From the NCBI GenBank assembly GCA_947453415.1, contig CANGGG010000004.1, forward strand, positions 3,542 through 67,541: 64,000 bases of DNA, given 5' to 3'. The position numbers and the translations under genes were made by a program. The notes beneath the pieces are model-generated. The model did not search any database. It was not told the origin of the DNA and saw nothing but the letters and a program-made list of their open reading frames with translations. The stretch comes from Bacteroidota bacterium (GTDB lineage Bacteria > Bacteroidota > Bacteroidia > UKL13-3). Shown here one piece after another: positions 46,600-58,100 of this stretch; within the stretch, counting starts at the first letter, position 1; each line of letters starts with the position of its first letter.

Positions 46600-46630
46600 A
46601 ACAAAACAAAAATAAAGCCCACCAGGCTTT
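46600..46630 (-). terminator. Terminator-like hairpin after the beta-barrel gene
   Basis: Minus strand reads aaagcc tggtg ggcttt followed by atttttgttttg. Confidence 0.5.
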
Positions 46631-46663
46631 GATGAGCTTTATTTTTCTAAAATATTTTTCTTT

Positions 46664-47272
46664 TTAATTTATTCCAAAATTATAGCTAAAACCAACCACT
46701 AAACCTCCAGGTTTTAAATTATTTAGATCGTTTTTACCTTTATCGGAAAAATGAATGGTGTAATCAATATTTTCATGACTTCCGCCATCTACTAAAACTG
46801 AAAAACCTAAGTCTAACACTAATCTATTGCCACTTTTTCTTATCCATTGGCGTTGAATTCCTATGTTAAATAGGGTGGCAGCAGTTAAATTCATTGAAAC
46901 ATCTTTTTGACTTTTTACACCAAAAGTATCTTCTACTTCTAATTTAACATTTGCATCGTTTAATCCGCTAGCGCGTGAAATACTTAACACAGGACACCAA
47001 GCATTTTTATTAATGGCATTAAACACTATTCCTAAAGATACTTTACTGCCCCAACTTCCAACTCCCACGCCTGCGTCCAAAATCATTTTTTCATTTAAAC
47101 GAATGCCTAATTTAAATCCTGCTGCTCCGCAATTATTATTGATACCACTGCCAATACCAAGGTAAAAAGTAGCATTCTTTTTTTCCAATCCATAATCTTT
47201 AATATTTTGTGCACTTACCAAATAAGTAATTGAACAAAATAAAAGTGCTACTAAAACATTTCTTTTTTTCAT
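46664..47272 (-). CDS. Small outer-membrane beta-barrel (porin-family) protein
   Basis: Signal peptide, alternating amphipathic strands, and the terminal ..VGFSYNFGIN. Lies 17 nt downstream of the MFS gene. Confidence 0.5.
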   Translation of the reverse strand: MKKRNVLVALLFCSITYLVSAQNIKDYGLEKKNATFYLGIGSGINNNCGAAGFKLGIRLNEKMILDAGVGVGSWGSKVSLGIVFNAINKNAWCPVLSISRASGLNDANVKLEVEDTFGVKSQKDVSMNLTAATLFNIGIQRQWIRKSGNRLVLDLGFSVLVDGGSHENIDYTIHFSDKGKNDLNNLKPGGLVVGFSYNFGIN

Positions 47273-47289
47273 GATTGTATTTTTTAAAA

Positions 47290-48723
47290 TTAATGTCCAC
47301 CTGATACTTTTTTATCAAAATCAATTCCTTGACTTTTTAAAATGCCACTTACTTTCCAAGCGTAAAATGCCAAGTAAGCAAAACATAAAGCACCAATAAT
47401 ATAACTATTTTGAATTCCTATGTTTTCCGAAACAACTCCTTGTAACCAACTCACAATTCCACCGCCCATAATCATCATAATTAAAAAACTACTTCCTTGA
47501 CTGGTGTTTTTTCCTAATCCGCTAATGGCCAAAGTAAAAATACATGGCCATAATGTACTACAAAATAATCCAACACTTGTAAATGCATAAACACTTGCCA
47601 TGCCGCTAGTGGCCATGCCAATTGCTAATGCTAAAATTCCTAAAACCGAAAATATTAATAACATTCTTGCTGGATTTCCTTTGCTGGCAATGTCAGCAGC
47701 AATTAATACTAAAATGATTAGTCCGTAAACATAAAAAGGAGTTAAGTCGTGCTTTGCAATAGCATTTACAAATAAGAAAACACCAAATGCCAAGTAAGGA
47801 GCTACAAAACGAAGTACTTTTTGGGTAGTCATATTTTCGGTAAATGCTTCCACCGCACCAGTCCAACGGCCAATCATTAAACTTGCCCAATACAATGAAA
47901 TATAGGGGGCAATATCGCCAATGGCAAAACCTAATTTACTTTCCATATATGCAGGTAAATTACTGGCAGTTGAAACTTCAACGCCTACATATAAAAATAT
48001 GGCAATCATTCCCAAAACCAATTGCGGGTATTTTAGTGCAGAATTTTTAGTCGATTTATTGTCAACATCAGATTCCTCAATGGCTTTTGGATGTTCTGGT
48101 AAAGAAGAAAATTTTAGTAATACTGCTACTAATAAAAAAGCAATTCCTAAAACTAGGTAAGGAATTTTAACACTTTCAATACTCAAATCGGTATTACCAG
48201 AGGCAGCCGAACCAAAAATAGCAAAACTTACAATAAGCGGCCCAATGGTAGTTCCCAAATTGTTAATTCCACCTGCTAAAGTTAATCGTTGAGAGCCGGT
48301 AGTAATTGGTCCTAAAGCAATAGCTAATGGATTTGCAACCGTTTGTTGCAATGAAAAACCTAGTCCAACGGTAAATAATCCGGCTAGCATAAGTGTATAT
48401 GAACCCGAATTAGCAGCGGGATAAAACAACAAAGTACCAAGTGCAGAAATTACCAAACCTAAAGCCAATCCATTTTTATAACCAATTTTGTTCACCAAAT
48501 CTTTTCCAATTAACAATGAAATTCCCATGTAAATAAGTGAACCAACTGTGTAGGAAATATAAAAAGCAATGGATACAAATTGACTTTGACTTTGTGTTAA
48601 ATCAAATGCTTTTCTGAATACTGGTATTAAAATATCGTTGCTGGCAGCCACAAAGCCCCAAAAGAAAAATACGATGACTAAAGGGATGAATTGGCCCCAA
48701 TTTGTTTTTGAATTTTGTTCCAT
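47290..48723 (-). CDS. Sugar MFS transporter (FucP / glucose-galactose transporter family)
   Basis: 12-TM protein. N-terminus FFFWGFVAASNDILIPVFRKAF is typical of the FHS family. Confidence 0.8.
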   Translation of the reverse strand: MEQNSKTNWGQFIPLVIVFFFWGFVAASNDILIPVFRKAFDLTQSQSQFVSIAFYISYTVGSLIYMGISLLIGKDLVNKIGYKNGLALGLVISALGTLLFYPAANSGSYTLMLAGLFTVGLGFSLQQTVANPLAIALGPITTGSQRLTLAGGINNLGTTIGPLIVSFAIFGSAASGNTDLSIESVKIPYLVLGIAFLLVAVLLKFSSLPEHPKAIEESDVDNKSTKNSALKYPQLVLGMIAIFLYVGVEVSTASNLPAYMESKLGFAIGDIAPYISLYWASLMIGRWTGAVEAFTENMTTQKVLRFVAPYLAFGVFLFVNAIAKHDLTPFYVYGLIILVLIAADIASKGNPARMLLIFSVLGILALAIGMATSGMASVYAFTSVGLFCSTLWPCIFTLAISGLGKNTSQGSSFLIMMIMGGGIVSWLQGVVSENIGIQNSYIIGALCFAYLAFYAWKVSGILKSQGIDFDKKVSGGH

Positions 48724-48791
48724 TTTTTATAATTTTATTTGTGGTCAAGAACGTAAAATATTATGAAAACAAAAAATAAAATTATAAACCT

Positions 48792-48799
48792 TAAATTTG
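48792..48799 (+). promoter_or_regulatory. Candidate -7 box (TAAATTTG)
   Basis: Exact TAnnTTTG, 21 nt upstream of ATG 48821. It overlaps the TTG start used in the ORF track. Confidence 0.45.
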
Positions 48800-48820
48800 T
48801 TTCAAAATAAATATATAAAT

Positions 48821-49147
48821 ATGCAATTAAGCGAGGCCCAAAAACAAGTAGATGAATGGATAAAAACCATTGGAGTAAGGTATTTTAATGAGCTTACCAA
48901 TACAGCTATTTTAATGGAAGAAGTGGGCGAACTAGCCCGAATTATGGCCCGAAAATATGGCGAACAAAGTTTTAAGGAAAGCGATAAAAATTCCGACATG
49001 GCAGATGAAATGGCCGATGTACTTTGGGTATTAATTTGCCTAGCCAACCAAACCGGAGTGAACCTCACCGAAGCTTTTGAAAAAAATATGGCTAAAAAAA
49101 CCAACCGTGATGCTACCAGGCATTTGGAAAATGAGAAGCTGAAATGA
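48821..49147 (+). CDS. MazG-like nucleotide pyrophosphohydrolase
   Basis: EEVGELARI and ADEMADVLWVLICLAN (EExxE/D metal motifs). Confidence 0.8.
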   Translation: MQLSEAQKQVDEWIKTIGVRYFNELTNTAILMEEVGELARIMARKYGEQSFKESDKNSDMADEMADVLWVLICLANQTGVNLTEAFEKNMAKKTNRDATRHLENEKLK

Positions 49148-49150
49148 AAA

Positions 49151-49182
49151 GGGCTGCTGGCTTCTAGCCTCTAGCAGCTGGC
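49151..49182. repeat. GC-rich hairpin / low-complexity element after the MazG-like gene
   Basis: gctgctgg cttctagcct ctagcagc, an 8-bp stem including one G-U pair. No T-run. Confidence 0.45.
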
Positions 49183-49408
49183 AAAAGTAAATTTATTCTA
49201 TTGTTAAAATACCAATATAGATTTGTTATTGAAAATTAATAGCAGAATGAAATATTTAGTAAGTCACCACCCTAACTAAAATTATAACAATAAAATCTTT
49301 TAATTTTCTAATCTTCCAATTTATAATGATACTTATCTATAAAAAATGGTAAATTGAGAAAATTATATAAATTGCGATGCAAAATCAACCAATAAAGGAT
49401 TAAATTTT

Positions 49409-50461
49409 ATGTCAAAAATAACTGAATTATTAGGCGATCAAGCCGATTATTACTTGAATCACGAAAGTAAAACCATTTCAAAAAATCATATTCATTTACC
49501 AGGTGCCGACTTTATAGACCGCTCTTTTGGTCCAGGAAACCGTAATCCACAAGTATTAAGAAGTCTTGGTCAATTATACGGAACAGGTCGTTTGGCTAAT
49601 ACAGGTTACATGTCAATTCTTCCAGTAGATCAAGGAATAGAACATTCGGCAGGTGCATCTTTTGCTCCCAATCCAGCATTTTTTGACCCTGAAAATATTG
49701 TAAAATTAGCCATCGAAGGTGGTTGTAACGCTGTTGCTTCTACCTATGGTGTGTTGGCTGCTAATTCTAGAAAATATGCGCATAAAATTCCATTTATTGT
49801 AAAAATAAACCATAATGAATTTTTAAGTTACCCTAATAAATTTGATCAAATTATGTTTGGTTCGGTTGATGAAGCTTGGAACTTAGGAGCTGTGGCTGTT
49901 GGAGCAACTATTTATTTTGGTTCAGACGAATCAGGTCGTCAAATTCAAGAAGTAGCAGCTGCTTTTGAGCGTGCTCACGAATTGGGAATGGCTACTGTTT
50001 TATGGTGTTACTTGCGTAACAATGCCTTTAAAGTATATGGTGTAGATTATCATGCAGCTGCTGATTTAACTGGACAAGCAAACCATTTAGGAGTAACTAT
50101 TCAAGCAGATATTATTAAGCAAAAATTACCAACCAATAATGGTGGTTACAATGCTACTAAACATGGTAAAACTCATCCAAAAGTATACAGCGAATTAACA
50201 ACGGATCATCCAATTGATTTAGCTCGTTATCAAGTTGCAAATTGCTACATGGGTCGCCAAGGTTTAATTAATTCAGGCGGAGAAAGTAAAGGTGCTACCG
50301 ATTTAGCAGAAGCAGTTACAACAGCAGTAATTAACAAACGTGCTGGTGGACAAGGTTTAATTAGCGGACGTAAAGCATTTCAAAAACCAATGAACGAAGG
50401 AATAGCTTTGTTAAATACTATTCAAGACGTTTATTTAGATAACACAATTACCATAGCATAA
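49409..50461 (+). CDS. fbaB: Class I fructose-bisphosphate aldolase
   Basis: 350 aa, colinear with E. coli FbaB ([29 protein letters not shown].., [26 protein letters not shown]). Confidence 0.95.
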   Translation: MSKITELLGDQADYYLNHESKTISKNHIHLPGADFIDRSFGPGNRNPQVLRSLGQLYGTGRLANTGYMSILPVDQGIEHSAGASFAPNPAFFDPENIVKLAIEGGCNAVASTYGVLAANSRKYAHKIPFIVKINHNEFLSYPNKFDQIMFGSVDEAWNLGAVAVGATIYFGSDESGRQIQEVAAAFERAHELGMATVLWCYLRNNAFKVYGVDYHAAADLTGQANHLGVTIQADIIKQKLPTNNGGYNATKHGKTHPKVYSELTTDHPIDLARYQVANCYMGRQGLINSGGESKGATDLAEAVTTAVINKRAGGQGLISGRKAFQKPMNEGIALLNTIQDVYLDNTITIA

Positions 50462-50530
50462 ATTATAAATAGTTGAATGAAATACATTCAATTAATTCAT
50501 AATTCAACATTCATCATTCAACATTTTTAA

Positions 50531-51391
50531 ATGAGTTGGTTTAAACGAAAAATAGAAGGTATTACCACATCTACATCCGATAAAAAATCGGTACCTGATG
50601 GGTTATGGCACAAATGTTCAAGGTGTAAAAAAGCCACATTAAGTTCTGACCATGCAGCGGGAAAATATGTTTGCATGCATTGTAATTACCACGATAAAAT
50701 TGGTTCAACGGAATATTTTGAAGTAATTTTTGATAACAATGATTACGAAGAATTATATAGCAATATTAAACCTACCGATCCATTAGCATTTAAAGACACT
50801 AAAGCATATAAAGACCGTTTGGTTGATACCATTAAAAAAACTGGAATGGACGATGCTTTAAGAGTTGGCATTGGAAATGTAAATGGTTTGCCTTTGGTAA
50901 TAGCTTGTATGGATTTTGGATTCATTGGTGGAAGTATGGGAAGCGTAGTTGGTGAAAAAATTGCGAGAGCAATTGATTACGGACGAGAAAACAAAATTCC
51001 AGTGATGATTATTTCAAAATCGGGTGGCGCACGAATGATGGAAGCAGCTTTTAGTTTGATGCAAATGGCCAAAACTTCTGCCAAATTAGCGTTACTAGGA
51101 AAAGCAGGTGTTCCTTATATTAGCTTAATGACCGACCCAACAACTGGTGGTGTTACTGCTTCGTTTGCTATGCTTGGCGACATTAATATTGCTGAACCAG
51201 AAGCCTTAATTGGCTTTGCTGGTCCACGTGTTATCAGAGAAACAATTGGTAAAGATTTACCAAAAGGATTCCAAAGTTCTGAATTTGTTTTAGAACATGG
51301 TTTTTTAGATCTGATTGTTCCTAGAACACAATTAAAAGAAAAATTAAGTACACTTTTACATCTTTGGGCTGAAAAACCGATTGCAGTTTAA
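50531..51391 (+). CDS. accD: Acetyl-CoA carboxylase carboxyltransferase beta subunit
   Basis: N-terminal Zn ribbon CSRCKK..CMHCNYH and a carboxyltransferase core [17 protein letters not shown]. Confidence 0.95.
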   Translation: MSWFKRKIEGITTSTSDKKSVPDGLWHKCSRCKKATLSSDHAAGKYVCMHCNYHDKIGSTEYFEVIFDNNDYEELYSNIKPTDPLAFKDTKAYKDRLVDTIKKTGMDDALRVGIGNVNGLPLVIACMDFGFIGGSMGSVVGEKIARAIDYGRENKIPVMIISKSGGARMMEAAFSLMQMAKTSAKLALLGKAGVPYISLMTDPTTGGVTASFAMLGDINIAEPEALIGFAGPRVIRETIGKDLPKGFQSSEFVLEHGFLDLIVPRTQLKEKLSTLLHLWAEKPIAV

Positions 51392-51419
51392 AACCGAAAA
51401 CTTATAAAACAAATATTTG

Positions 51420-51484
51420 AACCACATAGGTACAAAAAAACATAGTTATTGCGCTTTGTTTTTTATGTACTTATGTGGTTTTTT
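51420..51484 (+). terminator. Long-stem terminator of accD
   Basis: aaccacataggtaca (51420-51434) pairs with tgtacttatgtggtt (51466-51480) including one G-U pair, followed by tttt. Confidence 0.65.
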
Positions 51485-51515
51485 AATTTATAAAAGCATA
51501 TACAATTCAATCAAA

Positions 51516-51914
51516 ATGTTTTGGTTAAAAAATAAAATACCGCTCAGATTCCAAATTATTTATTCAATATTTTTTGTATTGTATTTTGCAGTTTTTGGTG
51601 GTTTTAAATGGAGTTTTGAAGTACTTTTCTTTATTGCAGTAATTGGAATCATGGCATCTAGCGTTCAATATTCATTTCTGTATTTTGCTGAAATAGGTTT
51701 AATTAAAATAGGATTTTCAAACAAAAGAACCATTTACTTGTTGTCTTTTATAGCATTGTATATTTTAAATATTTGTTGCATGTTGTTGTTTACCCCAGTG
51801 GGATGGAATGGCGGAAAGTCCTTTATTTATTTTTATGGTTTTTTTGGGGTTTCCTCTTTAGTTTTTTTATTTTTATTAATAACACCATTTTATAAATTCC
51901 TATTAAAAAAATAA
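51516..51914 (+). CDS. Small polytopic membrane protein
   Basis: Four hydrophobic helices. Start moved to ATG 51516 (MFWLKNK) because the track's TTG start lies inside the accD terminator. Confidence 0.5.
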   Translation: MFWLKNKIPLRFQIIYSIFFVLYFAVFGGFKWSFEVLFFIAVIGIMASSVQYSFLYFAEIGLIKIGFSNKRTIYLLSFIALYILNICCMLLFTPVGWNGGKSFIYFYGFFGVSSLVFLFLLITPFYKFLLKK

Positions 51915-52102
51915 ATTTTCAATCATTCACATTTCAACAAAATATAAAATTATAATTAGCTGTTTTACAGCAACTAAACAGTTATTTTACATAATATGAA
52001 AAATATTATTATGTTTTATAACTAAAAGGCTGTAAAATTATCCGACATTTGCAAGTCAAAATTGAACCCATACACAAAAAGTAAAGAGGAATATATATAG
52101 TA

Positions 52103-52966
52103 ATGAGGCAACTAAAAATAAGCAAGCAGTTTACCAATCGTGAAAGTAAGTCGTTAGATAAATATTTGAATGAAATAAGCAAAGTTTCTATGATTGATGC
52201 GCAGGAAGAAGTAGAACTTGCACGTAGAATTAGAGAGGGAGATCAAGTAGCTTTGGAACGTTTGGTAAATGCCAATTTGCGTTTTGTGGTTTCAGTTTCA
52301 AAACAATATCAAAACCAAGGTTTAACGCTTGGTGATTTAATAAACGAAGGAAATTTAGGTTTAATAAAAGCAGCAAAACGTTTTGATGAAACTCGTGGTT
52401 TTAAATTCATTTCTTATGCTGTTTGGTGGATTCGCCAATCTATTTTACAAGCTTTAGCCGATCAAAGTCGTATTGTTCGTTTACCGTTAAACAAAGTAGG
52501 TTCAATAGGGAGAATTGGTAATGCTGCTGCAAAATTAGAACAACAATTAGAGCGCGAACCAACGGTAGAAGAAATTGCTTTAGCCATGGACATTCCAATT
52601 TTAGAAGTGGAAAATGCATTGCGCAGCACTGGACGTCATTTATCAATTGATGCACCTTTAACCGAAGGTGAAGACAATACTTTATTAGGAATTTTAGACA
52701 GCAACGATGAGCCTCGTCCTGATGTTCAGTTGATCAATGAGTCGTTACAAAAAGAAATTAACCGTGTTATTTCTACTTTAAGTGAAAAAGAAAAAGACGT
52801 ATTGAAATTCTATTACGGATTAGATGGCGGACCAGCACATACGCTGGAAGATATCAGTGAAAAAATTGGTTTAACCCGCGAACGTGTTCGCCAAATAAAA
52901 GAAAAAGCTTTGCGCAGATTACGTAAATCATCGAAAAGCAAAATCTTAAAATCATACTTAGGATAA
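52103..52966 (+). CDS. rpoD: Primary RNA polymerase sigma factor (Bacteroidota short RpoD/SigA)
   Basis: 287 aa. Regions 2-4: [25 protein letters not shown] and [18 protein letters not shown]. Confidence 0.95.
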   Translation: MRQLKISKQFTNRESKSLDKYLNEISKVSMIDAQEEVELARRIREGDQVALERLVNANLRFVVSVSKQYQNQGLTLGDLINEGNLGLIKAAKRFDETRGFKFISYAVWWIRQSILQALADQSRIVRLPLNKVGSIGRIGNAAAKLEQQLEREPTVEEIALAMDIPILEVENALRSTGRHLSIDAPLTEGEDNTLLGILDSNDEPRPDVQLINESLQKEINRVISTLSEKEKDVLKFYYGLDGGPAHTLEDISEKIGLTRERVRQIKEKALRRLRKSSKSKILKSYLG

Positions 52967-52985
52967 TTTATTTTGAAACTTGTCC

Positions 52986-53009
52986 TCGGTTGGTGTCCTC
53001 ACCAACCGA
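52986..53009 (+). terminator. First hairpin after rpoD (no T-run)
   Basis: tcggttggt gtcctc accaaccga, a 9-bp stem. Confidence 0.4.
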
Positions 53010-53019
53010 AATAAGAAAA

Positions 53020-53054
53020 TCCCAATTGTAATTATTTGCAATTGGGATTTTTTT
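53020..53054 (+). terminator. Rho-independent terminator of rpoD
   Basis: tcccaattg taattatttg caattggga ttttttt. Confidence 0.75.
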
Positions 53055-53070
53055 GATTTAAACAAACAAC

Positions 53071-55077
53071 ATGACCACAACACATAAACACACCAACTCA
53101 TTAATTCACGCCAGTAGCCCTTATTTATTGCAGCATGCACACAATCCAGTAAATTGGTTAGAATGGAATGAAGAAACGCTTTTAAAAGCCAAAAACGAAG
53201 ACAAAATGATACTGGTGAGCATTGGTTACTCGGCTTGTCATTGGTGTCATGTAATGGAGCACGAAAGTTTTGAAAACGAAGAAGTGGCCGAACTGATGAA
53301 CAAAAACTTTATTTGCATAAAAGTAGATAGAGAAGAACGTCCCGATATAGATCAAATATACATGGATGCGGTGCAATTGCTTACTGGGCGTGGCGGATGG
53401 CCGTTAAATTGTTTTGCTTTGCCTGATGGAAGGCCGCTGCATGGTGGAACTTATTTCCCAATAGAGCAATGGAAAAAAACATTGCAATCCATTGCCGATT
53501 TTTACCAAGATAGAAAAGTAGAGGCTTTTGAATATGCTGCAGAATTAACCAACGGAATTAATAAATTAGACCAAATTATTCCTGCAGAAAATTCAGCAAT
53601 AAAATTAGCAACCATTGAAACTGCGGTAGAAAATTGGAGTAAAAACTTCGATTTAATATATGGTGGATACAATTGGGCACCTAAATTCCCCATGCCCAAT
53701 AATTGGCAATTTTATTTGCAATATTATCAGTTTTCAAAAAACGAATTGCTGTTAGAAGCGGTAACACAAACCTTGAATGGCATGGCCAATGGCGGAATTT
53801 TTGACCAAATAGAAGGTGGTTTTGCGCGCTATAGTACCGATGTGTATTGGAAAGCCCCACATTTTGAAAAAATGCTTTACGATAATGGGCAATTAATGGG
53901 TTTATATGCGCAAGCTTTTCAGTTAACAAAAAACCCTTTGTATAAAAATATTATTTACAAAACGCACCAGTTTTTACAACATGAATTAACCCACGAAAAT
54001 GGTTTGTTTTATTCAGCCTTAGATGCCGATAGTGAAGGAATAGAAGGCAAATATTATATATGGACTCGCCAGGAATTAGTGGAATATTTAGGCGAAAATG
54101 AACCTTTGTTTAGCCTTTATTATTCGGTAGATGCCTATGGAAATTGGGAACATGGTGCAAGCATTTTATACAAAACCAGAACCATAGAAGAATTAGAAAA
54201 AATTACAGGAAAAAGCAGCATTGAAATAGAAGCAATCATTGAAAAATGCAATGCTATTTTAGTTGCTGAACGCAATAAAAAAACCAAACCCGGATTGGAT
54301 GATAAAGTAATTACTAGCTGGAATGCTTTAATGATTTCAGGTTATTGCGAAGCATACAAGGCAATGAATGATAAAACATTTTTCTATGCTGCGCAAAAAG
54401 CATTGGATAGTATTTTAGAAAATTTATGGTTGAATAATCAATTGTTTAGAATCTATAAAAATGGTAAAATTAGCATTCATGGATTTGCGGAAGATTATGC
54501 TTGCTTAAACAAAGCATTGATTGATTTTTACCAAATTAGTTTTGATGAAAAATACTTACAAAAAGCCAATGAATTAATGGAGTTAAGCATTAGCTATTTT
54601 TACAGTGCTGAGAAAAAATTATTTTACTTTAAATCAAATACCGACACCGCTTTAATAGCCCGAAAATTGGACTTAACTGATGATGTGATTCCAAGTGCGA
54701 ATAGTATTTTTGGCCATTGTTTACAAGCATTAAGCTATTATTTTAGCAATGATAACTATGGAAACATGGTAAATGAAATGTTAAATTTAGTACAGCAAAA
54801 ATTTGCTAAAAATACCAGTAGTTATACCAATTGGATGCAGTTAAGTTTAAATAAAATACAAGGAGTAAAACAAATTGTTATGATTGGAAATGATGCGGAA
54901 AATTACATGCAACAATTGCAACAGCAATATTACCCAAACACACTTTTTGCCATTGCAAAGCAACATACAAACTTGCCATTATTGAAAGATAAAATGCCTA
55001 TTGATGGCAAAACTGCTATTTATGTTTGTAATGATAAAACCTGCGGATTACCAGGTTATAGCTTGGAAGACTTATAG
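53071..55077 (+). CDS. Thioredoxin-domain protein of the DUF255/YyaL type (N-terminal thioredoxin fold plus six-hairpin glycosidase-like domain)
   Basis: [20 protein letters not shown] and [18 protein letters not shown] motifs. 668 aa. Confidence 0.88.
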   Translation: MTTTHKHTNSLIHASSPYLLQHAHNPVNWLEWNEETLLKAKNEDKMILVSIGYSACHWCHVMEHESFENEEVAELMNKNFICIKVDREERPDIDQIYMDAVQLLTGRGGWPLNCFALPDGRPLHGGTYFPIEQWKKTLQSIADFYQDRKVEAFEYAAELTNGINKLDQIIPAENSAIKLATIETAVENWSKNFDLIYGGYNWAPKFPMPNNWQFYLQYYQFSKNELLLEAVTQTLNGMANGGIFDQIEGGFARYSTDVYWKAPHFEKMLYDNGQLMGLYAQAFQLTKNPLYKNIIYKTHQFLQHELTHENGLFYSALDADSEGIEGKYYIWTRQELVEYLGENEPLFSLYYSVDAYGNWEHGASILYKTRTIEELEKITGKSSIEIEAIIEKCNAILVAERNKKTKPGLDDKVITSWNALMISGYCEAYKAMNDKTFFYAAQKALDSILENLWLNNQLFRIYKNGKISIHGFAEDYACLNKALIDFYQISFDEKYLQKANELMELSISYFYSAEKKLFYFKSNTDTALIARKLDLTDDVIPSANSIFGHCLQALSYYFSNDNYGNMVNEMLNLVQQKFAKNTSSYTNWMQLSLNKIQGVKQIVMIGNDAENYMQQLQQQYYPNTLFAIAKQHTNLPLLKDKMPIDGKTAIYVCNDKTCGLPGYSLEDL

Positions 55078-55090
55078 TTTTAAAGGTTTT

Positions 55091-55135
55091 TTAGAAGCAA
55101 TCATTTTTGATTTACACAAAAATGATTGCTTCTAA
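55091..55135. terminator. Bidirectional terminator between convergent genes
   Basis: ttagaagcaatcattttt gatttacac aaaaatgattgcttctaa, a perfect 18-bp stem. Confidence 0.8.
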
Positions 55136-55143
55136 AGCCTCAA

Positions 55144-58100
55144 TTATTTAACTTTTACAAATTTATTATTGTAAATAACTGTTCCATTTGAAACAATATT
55201 TACCATATAAATTCCATTGGTTAATTCATTTAAATTTTCAATGGCAAACTTGTTGTAACCTGCATTTAAATGAATAGTAACATCCTTGATTATTTTGCCA
55301 GTTATATCGGTAATATTAAGTTGAGTATTTGCGTTTTCAAACGATTCAATTGCAACATATAAATGATCGGTAATTGGGTTTGGATATACAATTACTTGAG
55401 GTAAAATATCTTTACCATTTACTATTGAAATAGTCTTTGAATATTCAAATTCACCATTCAAATCAACTTGTTTTAGTCTGTAAAAAACTGCTTTATTTAC
55501 TAAAAACACGTTGGCATCTACAAAATTATAGTTTGTTAATTGATTGCTGTTTACAGCACCATTCACAAAACCAATTTCAGTAAAATTTCTACCATCAAAA
55601 CTACGTTCTATTGCAAATCCATTGTTATTAATTTCACTGGCAGTTGACCAATATAAATTGGCATTGTCGTTTTTAGCATTTCCAGTAAATGAAATTAACT
55701 GAACAGGCAAAGGATTGTTATTAGCACCAATCATAAATTGATTGTTAAATAGGGTTGAATCAACGCCCATAGTTACCGTTTGACCTAATAAGCTAAATGC
55801 ATTTGCGTTATTTTTTGCCAAAGTCCAGGTTGCACTGCTACCATTAGCGCGGGTAAATAATTTAAAATCGTTTGCATTTGCACCGGTAACTATACCTACA
55901 ACATTAAAAGTTACGTTGGCACTATCCATAGTTCCCGCACCATAACGGTACATTAACCAATAATTTCTGAAAACAGCTGTTACACCACCAGGTGCAGTAA
56001 TTGGTGAAACCACCAAAGCAGAGTCAACAAAACGATGCACATAAATATCATTGGAAGCACTTTGATTATAAATATTCATATTGATACCTGTTCCAGCAAA
56101 TGCTTGCGTACCACTTGAACTTATGGTTTGATTATTTACATTTGGTGTTCCTAATGGAAAATTGGTAGCTAAAAAAGTGGGCGTATTATTAATTATACCT
56201 GCATTACAATTTCCAGATGCATCTACCACGTAACTTCCACTTATTTCATCTAAACGGTAATATGCTTTTAAGTTTACATTCGATGAATTTGGTAAACGTG
56301 TGTGCATGTTTCTTCTAATTTGAAGGGCTGTTCTACAAGTGTCCCAAATTCTTATTTCATCAATAGAACCCACTAAAAATCCGGTACTTGTTCTTAGTGA
56401 TCTTCCTATAAATACAGGTTGTTTATTACCTTCAATAGTTCCAAACATAGCTTTTGAACCTACCAAATTTCCATTTTGATAAATGTTCATGTTAACACCA
56501 TCATAAGTTGCCGCGGCATGAGTAAATACACCTGTTGGGAATATTACATTTGCTATAACTGAATCAACAGCTATTGTAGTATTTAATTTAAAAACTAAAT
56601 ATCCAGCAGCAGAAATATAAAATGAATATTGTGAAATGCTAGTAGTTGAATCTTTACTAACAATATAGTTATCGTTAGAATTTGATGTTTTATTAACCCA
56701 AGCCTCTAATGTTAATTTTTCGGTAGTAATATTTAAAGTTTTAGCACCATTAGTTTGTAAATATTGAGTTCCGCTAAATTGTAATCCGTTACTTGAAGTG
56801 TTTACAATTGATGGCGTTACTACAGTAAATGAATAAGTAATGGTATCGTTATTTCTCTCCAAATCTCCCGTTAATTGTGTCCAAGCTTTTATGGTATAAG
56901 TTCCAGGAGTTGTTGGAGTAAATAAAGTTGCAGCATTAATAGTTGCAGATTCTCCACTCGCTAAAAACAGTGATAAAGTATCGGCTGTAGTTGAATTAAC
57001 AGGACCAGTAATTTGTGAACGAACAATAAAACTTGATTGACTATTTAAACCATAATTAGTAATTTTAAATTGCGGAGCAATAGCCGAACTACCTGTCATT
57101 ACTGCTGCGCAGGGTTGGTCAATACTTGCTAAACCAATATCGTCAGCTACTTGCAAACGTGGTTCAATCATGAAACGAAAGGCTGAATTATTACTTCCAA
57201 AATCTGTCCAAGTAGTTCCTCCAGTTGGAGCTGTATAGTAAAATGTTCCGCTTCTTATCGGGTTTTCATTTTGATATCCAAATGATGAGTTAGTTGTATT
57301 GAATTGAATAACTCCCACACAAAAACTTCCAGTTACAGCTACTGGCGGGTTAACAATTATTGTGTTTGCACCTGTTACAGTTGTAAAACTTGGTGATGAC
57401 CAAAGCAATGATCCTGGTCCGCCTGTAGATGAAGTATCCCAAATTCCCACTTTTATAGTTTGTCCTCCAGAAAAAATATTTACACCAATTTGATTAATTG
57501 AATTAAATCCAGTGTAAGGAAATTTAGCCACAAAATCGCCTGTTCCTCCAGTAAATCCAACACCACCTAGTGCTGGAATGGTTGGATCTGCGTAGGCATA
57601 AGTACTTGTTGTAATTATTTGATTATATACTTTGCTATTATTTGAATTGGTACTATCGTTTGGAACAGTTACAGTGGCAGTACTTATTCCTAAGTTTACA
57701 TAATTAAATGAATTAAATTTTACTGTTTTTGATAATCCTGGCGCTATAGTGTCAATATATAAACTATCAATAAATGAGTTAGTGCCAGCAATTGTTAATT
57801 TTACTTTTTGGTTAAATATGGTATCAATTCCAGTATTTCTAATATTTGCACTAACACTATGAGGATTTGCATAAGGAATAGGCAATTTACCCAAAGAATA
57901 AACTTCTTGAACTGCTGCATCTTTTAAATTATTAAACGGAGTAGATTCATGTGCGCCTCTGTATGTTGGATTTCCCCTAGTAGTTCCAAAAATATCAGAT
58001 AAAACCAATGATGAACGCGGACAACCCATAACAATATAATTATTAATAGATGTGCCAGTTAGCGCCAAATTGGTATTACTTATAAAGTTTACATTATTAA

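Noticed and set aside
52958-53140. ORF 52958..53140 (-)
   Set aside because: It covers the two rpoD terminator hairpins and the start of the DUF255-type gene on the other strand.
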